In this document: piece by piece, positions 43,927-59,658 of the stretch
Position numbering within the stretch: the stretch's first letter is position 1
Layout: every line of letters begins with the position of its first letter
Assembly: GCF_009914755.1 (NCBI RefSeq)
Contig: NC_060935.1
Length of the DNA: 64,000 bases
Strand: one strand, 5' to 3'
DNA from: the human T2T-CHM13v2.0 reference genome, Homo sapiens
Made by a program: the position numbers and the translations under genes
The notes under the pieces: model-generated
The model's input: the letters and a program-made list of their open reading frames with translations, nothing else
Databases searched by the model: none
Told to the model about the DNA's origin: nothing

Positions 43927-44245
43927 AGCTGAGCACGGTGGCTCATGCCTGTAATCCCAGCACTTTGGGAGGCTGAGGTGTGAGGATCACGAGGTCAGCA
44001 GATCGAGACCATCCTGGCTAACATGGTGAAACCCCGTCTCTACTAAAAATACAAAAAATTAGCCAGGCGTGGTGGCGGGCGCCTGTAGTCCCAGCTACTC
44101 AGGAGGCTGAGGCAGGAGGATGGCGTGAACCCAGGAAGCGGAGCTTGCAGTGGGCCGAGATTGCACCACTGTACTCCAGCCTGGGTGGGGGACAGGGCAA
44201 GACTCCGTCTCTAAATAAATAAATAAATAACAAAAAATAAATAAA
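43927..44245 (+). mobile_element. AluY
   Basis: Y diagnostics; TSD AAATATTATTTTCC. Confidence 0.94.
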
Positions 44246-45568
44246 CAAATATTATTTTCCCTCTAAATTTCAATAACAAATTCTGGAGTATTTTGCTGTT
44301 TTGTTTCAGTAATTAGCTTTAAAGCAAGTTCTGTCACTATTCTTTTTTATATATTTCTCAGCTTTTCTCTGGCATTTTTTCCCCTCCCTGTAAATTTTAG
44401 AATCACAGTTTTTGTTTCAAGATTTTTTATTACTTACAAAATTGTATATTTTTGTTTAATGAAGCATTTGATGGATCTAAATTTGGATATAATTTTTTTA
44501 AAAAAACATCTCATCTACCCTGATATTTTGTTTATTTTTAATTTATTAATTTCATCTTTTATTAGTTCTAATTTTTTCTTCCTACTTTGTCTCAGTTTGT
44601 TTTTTCTATTCTAATTTATTAACATAGTACTTAGTACCTCATTTTCAATCTTTTCCTTAAATAATAAAGACATATTAGGCTCTAAGTTTTCTTCTAAGAC
44701 AAACTTGCATCCCGCAAGTTATAAAGTGCTTCTTTTCCTTTGTATTAAAAAGTTTATAATTTAGGTTTGATTTCTAGCTTGTTCTATAGGTTATTAAGGA
44801 GTCAGTTTCTTATTATAACAAGTTCAATTTTTATTATAATTTATTTTCTTATTTTAGTAGTTAGTTTGGAGAATGTGGCCTATAAAATGCCAATATTTAA
44901 GATTTTATTAATGCTTTCTTTGTGGCGAATTTTATGAAATGAACATATAAAAAATTATATTTTACTGCTCAACAGGCCTGTGATATACACTCACTGTGAT
45001 TGTATTAAATCTCTTTATGAACTTGCTTTTTTTTCTTTTGTCTATTACAACTTTCAATTCTGAAAGAGTAATTGAAATCTTTCAATGTAGCTTCACTCTA
45101 ATTTTTCAGTTATTTTAATTATTTGTTCTTAATAGATTTAGTTGCTATGCTATTTGGTACACATCCATGTATGTACATTATATCTTGTTTGTAACTTATG
45201 CTTTTTGCCTATTCATAAGTGTTGCACTATAGCCCTCTCCTCTGGAAATTCTGCCTAAGCCTTCAGCCACAAATGTTCTCTCAAACACTTGTCAGCTTGC
45301 CAGTGCTGGGTTTTATCTCATTCTAGCATCTAGTTAAGATTGAATTTACAAGGAGAGAATTCTAGGAATGCAAATTCATACTGTTATTAGGTGCCTTATG
45401 TTTTTAATTTGTAATTTTTTTTCCTTTTTTGACTTCTATAATGTTAATAGGCCTTCTCACTGATGTAGGGTACAAATTACTGACAACAGTATTATTAATA
45501 AACTAGAAGGAACAAAGAAATTAAGTTAAAGGTAAGTGCTTGGAGAGAGGCTGCAGGTATGGGTATAA

Positions 45569-45873
<305 letters not shown>

Positions 45874-48574
45874 CTCATTTTTATAATAACAGTTACTGTT
45901 TATTAAGTGTCTATTATCTATAGACAATTTGTGCATATTCACACTGTCTAATCCTTACAGGTGCACTATAAGGCAGGCATTATTTACTTCATTTTGGAAA
46001 TGAAAAAGTGTTACAAACAAAGAGATTAAGCATCTCAATAAACATGCAGTTAATAAGTAGCTAAACTAGAAAGCTTGGTTGATTTTCAATTTATGAAAAG
46101 TTAGATACTTATTTCTTCCCAGTGTACCACACTGCCTTACTTGTATACAGACTAAAAAGAAATTCTGGTTATACTGAATAAATGGTCATCCATATATAAT
46201 ATAATAAATATAATACTTTTTAAATCTTAAAAACTGTATTTATTCAATAAATATCTATTCAACATGGAGTACCTACTGGTAAGTGTTGCAGCTACTAAGC
46301 AAGAGGAAATGACAGGAGAGTAGATATTTTTGGAAAAAAGTTCATTCAAATGGGGATATGTCTTTGAAGCACCTGTGGGATATAATAATGGAGTTGTCTA
46401 GTAAAAGGCTGGGAATATTGATGTAGGACTCGGGAATGGTCATTCAATCTTGCAATAAATATTTATTGAGCATCTACTCTCTTCAAGGAATAGGCAGACA
46501 ATGAGAATACTTACAAGGTGTTCAGGTTACCTCAGGCGCTGGCTAACACAGTTTTTATTAGTCATCACTAAATAAAGGAGAGCTGACGTTACAAGCATAG
46601 AGATCACCCAAAGAAAGGCTATGTCATGCAGGGGAAAAAGGGGAAAGAAAGGGCTGAAGATAGTTTAAAATAAAATTTAACAAAAATGTTTAAGAAAAGG
46701 GGTTCATAAAAGAGAAATTAAGATATGCAGAAAAAGGACCAAGTAAGAAAGAATGATATGATGAAAGCAAGGAAGTTTTGAGTCTAATATTTGATGAATG
46801 AATTTTTACTTCAGCCATCCCTAAGTCATAGCCAACTTTGGCTTCTATCTTCAGGACCATATGTCAAATTGGTGTCCCATTTCTTGGGCTCCTGGCAAAT
46901 ATTCCCAGCTTATTGGGACACTGATCAGAAATCTAGAGTCAACAGCCCCCAACTTTCTAGAGAACTTAGGGCCCCCTGAAACTGCAGTGTGGCCACTCCT
47001 GATGCACATTACTATGAGCATGTGGTTCTGTGCTACAGACTGAGCAGCATGTTAAACCTGATAGTTTTCATTATACCGTTATACCACAATGTGTCATATA
47101 CTGAGATGCTTTTTAAACATTTTAAATGTCAGCTTATCATTTTTCTCTCATAAAAGGGTACAGAAACATTACCACAAGTTGAACTTTCTAGTTGCTTAGA
47201 ACCTGGAATGAGGAGGAATAAATAAAGATTAGTGTCCCGTGCTGGACTGTCTTTCTTGGTTTTTCTTTAGAAAATTGAAAAGCTGTAGGCAAAAAATCTG
47301 TTGCATAATTGCAAGAGTTAATTAAGAAAAACCCATCTGCGTGTGGTTCACATGACATGTCTGAAAGTCAAAATGAAACTATCATCTAATTTGCTGAACT
47401 AAGTTTAACATGGTTCCCTAGAAGGCTGAAAAAACAAACTGTTCCCTCTGTGATTATAATTTCTGATTTTGTTAAATTGAATCCATTAATAGAAAAACTA
47501 TTGATTCAGGGGTATTATTAGGTATCTCTATAGACATAGAGACAATAAATATTTAGAGAATCTCTATGATTCTCCCTAGAACTCAATTTGCACAAAACTG
47601 TCATTTTAAATCACAGAAATACTCAAAATATCTGAAACATATATTGGAAAAAGTATCTGCTAGGAGCCAAGAAACCTGGCTTATAATTATATCTCTCTCA
47701 CCAACTCATTTGGATGTTGAGAAGATCAAACTATTTCTGTGATTCATTACAGGTCAAATTAGGGATAATTGCCATGCCTATCTCACTAGATTTTTATGAA
47801 CATTGAAAAAAATTCACTTTTTCAATAAAGATTCATTCATTCATACAAGTGCATATTTACTTACTCCATGCTAAGCTGTGTTAGCAGCAAGGAGTCAGCA
47901 ATGAACATGGCAAATGAGACCCTTGCTGTCATGGAGCTTAAATTTAAGCCAGAAATAAAACTTCAGGTACATGTGGGTTGAGTATCACAAAGGTAAGTGT
48001 CAGTATCATAATGATAATGTATGGTAGTTTACGAAGTCAGAGAACTCTCTGAGAAAGTGATAGGCTGAGCTCTGCTGGGTAAGCGTTGTGTATGCCAACA
48101 GCATTTAAAGTCAAGGAAAGAACATGTTGAAAAGGTCTATAGAAATTTGAGGAAGTGTGAATAATCCAGAATAGCTAAAACCATGAGTGGTGGAGAAGAG
48201 GTGAAAGATTATAGTTATGAAAACACATTGTGACATGGCTAGTGAGAATACAACATGGTTTGAACATTTTGGAAAGCATTTTGGTAAAATGAAATAAGAA
48301 TCTCAAATAATCTTTTTAGCATTTTATTAGATAATTTCACATCTGCACAGCTATCCTATTAAAAATAATATAATACACAGACAAAATTAAGAACAATGAT
48401 GTTTATTAATGTATATTTGTAGTAGAGAAAAACAGAAAATTATATAGGTGTGGGCAAAAAATTACAGTTTGTGTAAATGAGGAAATATTTATAGCTAATA
48501 AAAATCTGTACATGGAGTTCATAATAATAGAAAATATTTATTTAATAATATTAAAAGAAAGAAGGAGAGGACAA

Positions 48575-48912
48575 GGCAGACATGGGCCCAGGTAAATAAT
48601 AATCACTCCATGAATCTCTGTCACAATTGAGGAACTCTCAGATGAGGATATCCTAATTTTATACAGGGATTTCTGGCAAACCTCTCCACCTCTCCTCTGG
48701 AAAAGACAATATCTTGATTATGCCGGATTGTCTCCAGGAAGGAGATGGAAACATCTCATCTTTGATATCCTGGTCAGCAAATAAATCTGTCCTCTGACCT
48801 GTAAGGAGAGACCATTTCTAGCTTCCAAGAAGCTCTTTGCTATGGGAACAACCTTGAAAAAACAGCCTAACACAAGATCTATAGAAATGCCATGGAGAAA
48901 TGCCTCTCCAAA
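48575..48912 (-). mobile_element. Old ERV1 LTR fragment (MER31/MER67-like)
   Basis: Ends ...ccatggagaaatgcctctccaa, the reverse complement of a MER31/67-like start. Confidence 0.45.
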
Positions 48913-49733
48913 GTCCTATTTTTTTTAACTTTTAAATTTTTTTTTTACTGTAAATATTTTTTAATGTTTTAGAAAGGGTTACTATTATGAGCACATGACA
49001 TTCATTATTGTGGGAAAAACAGAAAGTTGGCTACGTAGTGACTTGAGTTTCTTCCTGTCTCATAAATGTTAGCTAACCTAGGAAAGTTTCTGACACTAGC
49101 TAGATGTAGCAACTTCTCTCAGCCGTTTCCATTAAATGACAGCTCAAGACATACTCTGTCTAAACTTGAATCTACTTTAAATTATATGATTTAGTTATTC
49201 CATGTAGCAGGGGCAAAAACCCAAACCTACAATTGAATGAATAATTGAAATTACTTAATTTAAAGGAAATTTCCCAGTCATAATATTAACAGTATATAGT
49301 TTAATTACTTGAGTCAAGTGATCCAATACATTATGCGCAGAAAGACCTTTATAAATATATTTTAAAATAAAGTTCAAGTAGTTTGACTCTATGCACATGT
49401 TAATTCCACAGAATATTTCTGGAACAAAAACAGAACTTGCAGTTTTGAAGATAAATGTTAAAAAAGTGTGATAAAAATTACTGGATAGTTAAACATAAGA
49501 GGCAAGGAAACTATAAAGTTCAAGAATATGTAGCTTATTATTTTCTCCATTCAAATCCAGTATGATGTCCTCAATTTGTAAGATGTTATGCAAAGAATAT
49601 TGTCTCAAAATTACATTAAAGAAATAACTTTAGCGTTAGAAGACCTAACTTTGGCAGCTGCTTACTAAATGTATTATCTTGCGTAAATTCTCTGAGGTTT
49701 AGATATTCTCATAATAAAACAAAGATAATTCTT

Positions 49734-50062
<329 letters not shown>

Positions 50063-51885
50063 TCACCTTAAAGAGCTGTTGTCAGGATCACATGTGATGA
50101 TATATGTGAAACTATTTTGTAAACTGTAAGATTTATAATAGAAATGTAAAGGTTTATTACTACTAAACTGAGTGGTAGTGACTTTAATACGCAGAATATG
50201 ATAAAGGCTGTGAGTTTTAAATACAGTGTGAGGAGAGCATGAAGAAGGGAACCATTAATTCTTCTAAAGGCAAGGAAGAGATTTGAATCTGAGGAGGAGA
50301 GGTTATAGCTAGTCTGTGATGGTGCAGATGTTTTGCTTTTAGAGTAAGAGCAAGAGTGAGAACTAGAGCTAGTGAGCAAGAGAGAGAAGGAGAAGATGAA
50401 AGAGAGACAGAGAGAGACAGAAAAAGAGAAACTGACTTAGGTAGGGTGACTTAGCAGAGGGAAAAATTTGGCAAAGAGACATGAAAGTTTCTATTTTGTT
50501 TGCATAAAGTTTCAATGTGACAAAACAGTGAAATTTAGCTTAGGGGTAGCAATTTTTCTACTAGTTTATCACTGATGTCTGAAATTTCACTTTTATGATG
50601 AATTCCTTTGGGTCATTGAGAAAGCCCTCCCTGTTATACCAAGAATGCTTAGTCATTCCTTCTTCTGTACAACAGCTACACAGCGTACCTGCTTTCATCA
50701 CCATATTGACTGCATGCTTCATTTAATTTATTTATTTGTCTGCCTTCCTTAGCATCTTTATAGGTGGTGGGCATGGCAGGAAGGTCCTGTAATTGACACT
50801 ATTCAGGTTTAGAATAGGCTTCAATAAATATTTATTGAATGTAATTGCCTGTGGTTAAAATACAAACACTTCTGAGAACTGTAACAAAATACGCGTCATC
50901 AAAGTTAGCTAAGATTATTTTTCCCACAAAAATCCCTTAGGGATACTAGAAAAAGTGGTAAAAGATTTGAATTTATACAAAGCCCAGAGAGAACATCACA
51001 GTAGGAGGGCCCTGGGCCCTGAAGTGTGGGAGGTTTCCAGAGATTAAGAAAAAAGGAAAGGAGAAACATAGAAAAATAAAAAACCTTCATCCTCTTCATA
51101 TTTTTTCTAAGAATCTGCTCTCCCAACCTTCAAGAAATTCATAGTTCTTTTGAGAAGAAAAGAGTAGCAAGCAGAAAACAATAAACAAGGAAGAACTTTA
51201 TATCCGGGTTTTCCAAATTCAGACCATGTGAAGTTGATTTATGGAGTGGAGGAAGCAAAATGCATCAAAGACACATATTAATCAGTAGTATGTCTTCTAT
51301 TCATGCATGACTTTCTCATATGTGCATATTAATAGACCTTGTTGCGATTAATAAAATACAAGTTATATAAGATAATTCAGAGCTATTTAATCAAAATATA
51401 TGTTATTTAGCAACTAACTATAAAGGTAGTACTACCAAGTTGGGGAAAATGGAAGTTGTCATTGATAAACAATTTTTGTTTGAATAATTTAAAATGAAAA
51501 TGTGGGAAGGACTACTGCACACCAGCTTTGAAAGACTGCTTTTGGCATTTCCTACCTCTGAGTCGTGAAAACTGATGTCAGGCCACACTCTACCATTAAC
51601 TAGCTGGTCATTTGGGGAAAACCACTTTTTCTCACCGAGTCTTTGACTTAATTTTTCTGTGCTAGTAAAATGTGGATTAGAATAATCAAGAAAGAATATT
51701 TTATAATTGTGAAAAGTATTTGAATGAGATTCAGGCATGATAATTCCCCCGTATAAAGATTCACCAAAATTCCAACGATGTGAAATTTGGTTATTTGAAT
51801 TTCAGAAGAAAGGAGAGAAAACTGCTTTTATCAAACACCTGCTATTTCAGATATTTTGAATTACCTTAAAAATATAATCCTCATA

Positions 51886-52015
51886 GGCTGGGCGCAGCGG
51901 GTCATGCCTGTAATCCCAGCACTTTGGGAGGCTGAGGTGGGTGGATCACCTGAGGTCAGGAGATGGAGACCATCCTGGCTAACACGGTGAAACCCATCTG
52001 TACTAAAAATACAAA
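51886..52015 (+). mobile_element. Alu left arm only
   Basis: Ends at the A-rich linker TACTAAAAATACAAA. Confidence 0.9.
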
Positions 52016-52201
52016 TATATATATATAATATACAAATATATATATATATAATATACAAATATATATATAATATACAAATATATATAATATACAAATTTAT
52101 ATATAATATACAAATATATATATAAATATACAAATATATATAATATACAAATATATATAATATACAAATATATATATAAAAATACAAATATATATATATA
52201 T
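52009..52201. repeat. AT-rich minisatellite, unit ~ATACAAAT(AT)nA
   Basis: About 10 imperfect copies of ATACAAATATATATA. Confidence 0.9.
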
Positions 52202-54006
52202 TTCCCATAAACCCTGAGATAGTATAATAATCTGCAAGTTACTTATCTTGTAGAGAGTCCACAGCTTGTAAATAGCAGTGTCACCATTCAAACCTTGGTC
52301 AGTGTCCAGTTCCCATGCTCTGTCAGTATGCCATATACCGAATGCACCCAATTTTTAATTTTATAAACATAAAAGGAAAGATTCTTATCCACCCAGACAT
52401 GAAAAATCTAGCATTATCCTGAGCCTCTGCTTTCTCTTTGCAAATTACCCCTGTAGCAACTCAAGAAGCATTTATAGTAAGCAAATATCTGTTACTTTAG
52501 GAAAGCTTCGGAGTCAAGAAGCTAAGCCACCTTGCACAGCTCACAAAGCTGCAAGGCATGATCTTTCACTTGTTGATGAGTAGAGTAATTTTTAACATCC
52601 TTGTTTTGAAATAAGAGTAACTACTGCCTAGATGGATCCCATAGCACATAGAAGTGTAATGTGGGATGTGAGAGGAGGTGAGTGGCTACAGAAGGTGAGG
52701 AGTGGAAGGTGCACGCAAGCTTCAAGGGATTAGTAAACTAACACTGAAAAGAGGAAGTGGTTTCTGTAGCTACTGATAAAACCCTCATATGCCCTGTTGG
52801 AATACATATGCCACCTAAACTCAATGTTAATTTTCATTTCTTTTTCTCCTTTGCTTCATCTTTTCTTGTACAAATGAAGGGTGTGAAAGGGAGGAACAGA
52901 ATGTTTTCACAGGGGGAAGTATTTTAAAACTTTTGAGTCATGCTTTCTTTTTCCTAAAAGTAGAGAATTTGACTATGTTTATTCTTTTAGTTTTGATATC
53001 CTGATATCACAGTTTTACATTTAAAAATGTATTTTAAATGGGTAGCCATAAAACATTTAAAAACATTTGACATTTTTAGAAATAGACAGAAATGGGCTTA
53101 TTCAAACATGGAAAGCACAAAGCATCTATTGCTTTTTTTTTTTTTCTAACAAGTGAACATAGCTAAATAGAGTAATACTGCTATCAGAAGTATATACTCA
53201 TTGAATGCAAATTCAGTATCTCTCGAATGGGGTGAGGAGATCAAAGGAGGTTTTACTGAAAAAAAACTTAACCAAATAAGAAAAAAACAATGTAGGAACG
53301 GTTTTCAGTTATTAACTTTGCTAAATAATTAGTAACAAAAAATTACCCAGTAAAAGAATAATTTAATGTTTTACCATTATGTTTGTTAAACAATAACCCA
53401 AAAGCATGTTCACCAGTCCTGTATCTTCTTTCTCACCCCATTCTGACAAGTTTCTCAAAATGCATCAGTCTGTATATTCATCCCTATTTACCTTCACCCC
53501 TATTCATCCACCTGCCCCTATCCTTCAACCTCCACTGAAGACCAGGAGGAGAATTGTTTTTCTCCTCACCATTAAGCGGTACTGAGCACATCTGTTTTAT
53601 CCTGCTGTAACCTCATTAACTAGCAATTACCTGTTGAGTGGATCAACTAATTTTGTTTTATAAGGTGAAGTGTCTCAAGCACAGGCAGAACCCGCCCTCC
53701 CCAGTGGAAAATTGAGAGCCCTAATGTTCAGCTCTGGTTTTTGGCTAAGATACCTGTTTTCATGAACAGAAGGCCTTCTCTGCATTTGAGCAAGGAAGAA
53801 GGGCAAAGCCAGCTCGAGCAATAATTGTCAACTTTGAATTCTCACTCTTTCTGCTCCTAGTCAGGGTTTTTCTACTCTCCCTAGCGGTAAATGATTTGCT
53901 TCTCCCAGGGAAAAAAAAAAATTAAATTTAACGTGGGTCTTTAGTGATTGCATTTTAGACTTCCTTTTGAACAAGTACGTATTCTTTACTAATAAAGAAA
54001 AATCCC

Positions 54007-54340
<334 letters not shown>

Positions 54341-54587
54341 TTAGTCGTTTAAATGAAATAAAATAATTCTGATCAATACTTCAAGATGCATATTAAAATA
54401 TATATTAATTTTACCTATAAGATTGATAAAAATGTAATAGATTAACCATATCCAGTTTAAATGAAGACGTGTGAAAACAGGCACTTTGCTGTACTATTGA
54501 TGGGTACAATAATAGAAATAGCATTTCCTGAAGAGGAATTTGTCAATGTTGATCAAAATTTTAAGTTCATGTGATGCTTTGACTCTA

Positions 54588-54929
<342 letters not shown>

Positions 54930-54993
54930 TTATAATCATAAATAGTGAGTAATATGCAAGTGGTTAAGAAAATTAAGGAAAACACATACTATT

Positions 54994-55288
54994 GGCCGGA
55001 CACGGTGGCTCACGCCTGTAATCCCAGCACTTTGGGAGGCTGAGGCGGGTGGATCACCTGAGGTTGGGAGTTCAAGACCAGTCTGGCCAGCATGGCAAAA
55101 ACCCATCTCTACTAAGAATACAAAAATTAGCCAGGTGTGGTGGCGCAGACCTGTAATCCCAGCTACTCAGGAGGCTGAGGCAGGAGAATAGCTTGAACCC
55201 AGGAGGCGGAGGTTGCAGTGAGCCGAGATCCTGCCATTATACTCCAGTCTGGGCCACAAGAGCGGAACTCGATTAAAAAAAAAAAAAA
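54994..55288 (+). mobile_element. Chimeric Alu (middle copy)
   Basis: 5' part shares private variants with the third Alu; 3' part shares private variants with the first. Confidence 0.92.
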
Positions 55289-55372
55289 GGAAAGTAATTA
55301 TAGCATTCTTATAATCATAAATAGTGAGTAATATGCAAGTGGTTAAGAAAATTAAGGAAAACACATACTATT

Positions 55373-55696
<324 letters not shown>

Positions 55697-57665
55697 CTAT
55701 GGAATATTTATGGAGTTGTCAAGAAAAGAATAAGAGCTTTAAATACAAACATAGAAGGATGGCCAAAATACATGATGTGCAACAAAAGTTACCTGGTAAG
55801 AGAATGTGTGTAATTTTATGTTTGTATATGTATTTTTAAAAAGTCTTAGATAACCAGAAAACTCTTAACAATGGTTGCTTTGAGGTGGGGTAGGAGGGAA
55901 GGTACCATGTTTGTAACTCTGTGTTCCAAATGTAACTTTCTCTGATATTCTAGGAGGCTACAATTTTTATTGCCTGCTTTTCATATTGTAAATTCAGCAC
56001 AGAAAAATTTTAAAGCAAAATTTAAACTCTATTTAAGAGAACTGTTTTGTTTTTCTATGTTCCTTTTCCCCCACTTCATATATTATTTGACTAATACATC
56101 TGTGCCATGCATCCTACTGGACAACTGCAATGCTGCAATGCATAGGCAAGCACACTCTTATACACACACACGTCCCTGGTCTCACAGAGCAAACACCCTC
56201 CCCAACCCCAGCCACACTCCCACACTAATGCCTCTGCTCTTACAGAGTTAACAGACTTTATCTGTGTACATATATTTGTTTACATTGCTGTTACATAGAA
56301 CTTATGCCTACTATTATTTTGTGTAACATAGTATTTTATTATCTGAATTTAGTAATGATTACACTGAATATGCCATCAAAGAGAAGTCTCAAAATATATA
56401 TAATTATTCCCCTATAGTTGGGCATTTGGGGTATGTACACCTTTCCCCTTTAATGGATCTGTAATCTAGTGAGTTGTTAGTGTCTACACATAAATCGTTG
56501 AGGATGCTAAGAAGAAAATTAGGGATGGGATCCCAGAGATGTTTCCTACAAATCCTCTTACCACACAGACAGACCCTAGTGAAGAAACAGCTATGTTAAT
56601 ACCTTCTGCTTCTTGTGTACCTCCTATAAGCCAAACACTTTGCATTTGCATCTCTTTTAATTGTCACAGTAACAGTACAGTACTAGTATCCTTATTTTAC
56701 CAGTGAGAAAAGAGAATTCAGAAAGATTTTGTAAGGAGGAAATGACTCACCATCACTTCAAAAAGTCTCCTCTTATTAGTGCCTCCTTCAACTCAGGAAC
56801 TTGATTAATGCTTACATAATCATCACATTTAATCTTCCTACAACTCCAGTCAGATACCTATCCTTATCTCAAATGTATATCTGAGGGAATTCAAAGAAAA
56901 TAAAATATTAGGTTCATATCAGAGACTCTTCCTATGAGACACTCTTAGCAAGGGTATTGGGCAACATGAAGTGGTGATGCCATGTCACTGTGAGACTCCC
57001 ACCCCACCCGCAATACAGGGTTGAGGCCTCTGTTGCAGGTTTTTCTTGATTTTCGTTACTGGATAGCCTCAGTCCTTCTTAGGTGAGATCATGCTGTTCT
57101 TCTTCCTTCATATATACCTAAGACTACTTTTTCCATTTTGGTTGAAACCAGAGAGATTATAAAAACACAGAATCACAGGCTGCTGAGGCACTTGATGTGA
57201 GGAGCACAAAGACAAAGAGGTGGCAAGGTGAGTTTAATGCAGAGGCTGAAAATACATTTATCTTTGACATTGTGTAGTGATAAGATCACCCCTGAAGAGA
57301 AGCTTCTGTTCCTTACACAAACACAATCCACCAAAGAGAGTTCAAAACTGCTTCCCTGCAATGTCTGGAATTTTGGCGTTCAACCTATACACATTCATTT
57401 ATTAAAGAACAGTCTTGTCACTCATTTCAGTTGTGCCTAAAGATAGAGACAGATCCTCAGGCTATTTCACTTCCCCAGAGATAGGAGAGGTTGTGGGCAT
57501 AAAATTTTAAGTTAAAAGATTTGAGTTAGAATCATGGATCTGCTTGTGATTAGGCTTTGGCAACTTATTACAGCTCTGAGCCAGTTTTGTCAAAGCGAAC
57601 ATTAGGTTTTTCAAAAAAAAAAATCATTGTGAAGATTAAATACAGTTATTTAGCATAGGTGGCTA

Positions 57666-57700
57666 TCATCATCATTCATCATCATCATCATCATCATCAT
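57666..57700. repeat. (CAT)n microsatellite
   Basis: Interrupted CAT/ATC run. Confidence 0.85.
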
Positions 57701-58947
57701 TATTTTACAAGTCAAAAAAACTGTATATCTTCCATCTTGGGTTATGTGGTCCATTCTTTCTAATCCCCATATTTGGAATTACTCTCAGACATTAACTCAT
57801 TTCTCATTTCCCCCGATTTCCTTGGGGTGTGCCCCAGTTCTCAGGGTCTATTTCTAGCCTTCAGACCCCATTACTTTCCAAGCTGCCAAGTGACATCCTG
57901 GGTGACAATGCTTCTGTTGTGCACCATCAGGGCCAATCTGAGCAAACCTCCCTTTCGTGGTACATTGACTTTGGCCAGTACCAAGAAAAGCTTTGGCCAG
58001 TACCAAGAAAGCTTCTAAGATTCCAAAAAAAGCTTTTCTGACTCCTGTAACCTAAACCTTTAACCTTCCAACTCTGCGTTTTCAAGCTTTCTCCCAACTT
58101 CATTGTCATTCATTTATTTTTGCGCAAAGAGTGATTTGCATGAAAATTTTGGGGGAATTATAACGTGCTATAGAAACATTGAAATTGCTATTATTTCTGT
58201 CTTCCAGCCAGCTGCTAGTAAATTCTTAGCATTAAATTATAATCATCAAAACTAAAAGCATGAAAAACCTCATTTACATTTTGATTTATTCTACATTTTT
58301 ACATCTACAGCATACAGAGGTACCCTTTTTTATGTTTTGGGGGAGAGGGCTTTACAATCTCATCTTTATTGTAAAGCACTTTTTCAAACATGGTAGGACC
58401 TAATGCAGTCTGTCTCTCAATTCAGTAAAGCCTTCCTACATAAGGAAAACCAGGAATAAAGTTGGGCTTATTTAAGATGAATTAGATGTATTTAATTCTT
58501 TATCAAGAAAAGCAGTTTTATTGGTTTCAATTAATAATCTCAAATTTATTAATCAAGTGTTGACAATCTACAATATTTGGAAAATTGTTTTGATAAAAAG
58601 ATACATAATTTATAATTTATTATGAGGCATTTCTTTGCAAGCAATTGCTTATTATATGTTCAAACCCTTTTTATGGGTCAAATAATGTCACAGTAATGTT
58701 ATTTAAATCGTGTTTTGCTCTGCTACCTCATAGATACATTGAGTCAGTTGATAAATATTTGTCTTGCATATTAATAATAAATGTCAAGCAATCCTATGAA
58801 ACATGAAGAAAGAATATGAACAGCCACTTAACATGAGAAGTAATAGAAATAATCAATAAACACTTTAAGAATGCTTACAGTTTGAATAAGAAGGAAAATT
58901 AAAATGAGGCCTTGATAAATGTATCATATTGCTGCTGCAGTGTTGGA

Positions 58948-59078
58948 TCCTGTAGTCCCCGTTATTTGAGAGGCTGAGGTGGGAGGATCACTTGAGCTCA
59001 GGAGTTTGAAGCCAGCCTAAGCAACACAGCAAGACTCTGTCTCTAAAAAAAAAAAAAAAAAGAAAAAAAAGAAAAAAA
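58948..59078 (+). mobile_element. FLAM/partial Alu monomer
   Basis: cctgtagtccc...gaggtgggaggatcacttgagctcaggagtttg...A tail. Confidence 0.8.
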
Positions 59079-59145
59079 TTATATTGCCCAAAATGTAAAA
59101 GATTCATAAAGATTCATGACACCCAATGTTAACCATAATTTGAGG

Positions 59146-59658
59146 TAGCACTGTTCAATAGAACTTTCTGTGATGATGGAACTTTCTGTATCTGTGGTGT
59201 TAATTATGGTGACCAAAAACTACATGTAGCTAGCTATTGGTCAGTTAAAATATTGCCAGCTAAGTGTGGTGGCTCACAACTGTAATCCTAGCATTTTGGG
59301 AGGCCCAGGTGGGAGGACTGCTTAAGGTCAGGAGTGTGAGACCAGCCTGGGCAACACAGTGACCTTATCTCTAAAAAAAAGAAAAAGAAAAAAAATTAGC
59401 TAGGTGTGGCAGCAGGCACCTGTAGCTCCAGCTACTCTGAAAGCTGAGGTGGGAGGATCTCTTGAGCCTAGGAGTTTGAGGCTGCAGTGAGCCATGATCA
59501 CGCCACATCACTACAGAGTCTGGGTGACAGGGCAAGATCCTATATGGAAATAAATAAATAAATATTGCCAATGTTACTAAAAATTGAATTTTTAATTTTT
59601 TAAAATTTAAATTTAAATAGCTACATATGGCTAGTGGCTTCTGTGTTGAACAGCACTG
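59146..59658. mobile_element. MER3 hAT MITE split by an AluJ (59258-59560)
   Basis: agcactgttcaatagaactttctgtgatgatgg start, ...gttgaacagcactg end; Alu TSD AAATATTGCCA. Confidence 0.8.

Noticed and set aside
43230-45200. AT-rich tracts resembling old L1M, plus scattered MIR/L2 pieces elsewhere
   Set aside because: Probably real ancient repeats, but too degenerate to give defensible boundaries by eye.
52009-52201. Regularly spaced repeats resembling a CRISPR array
   Set aside because: No unique spacers; simple AT-rich minisatellite in eukaryotic DNA.
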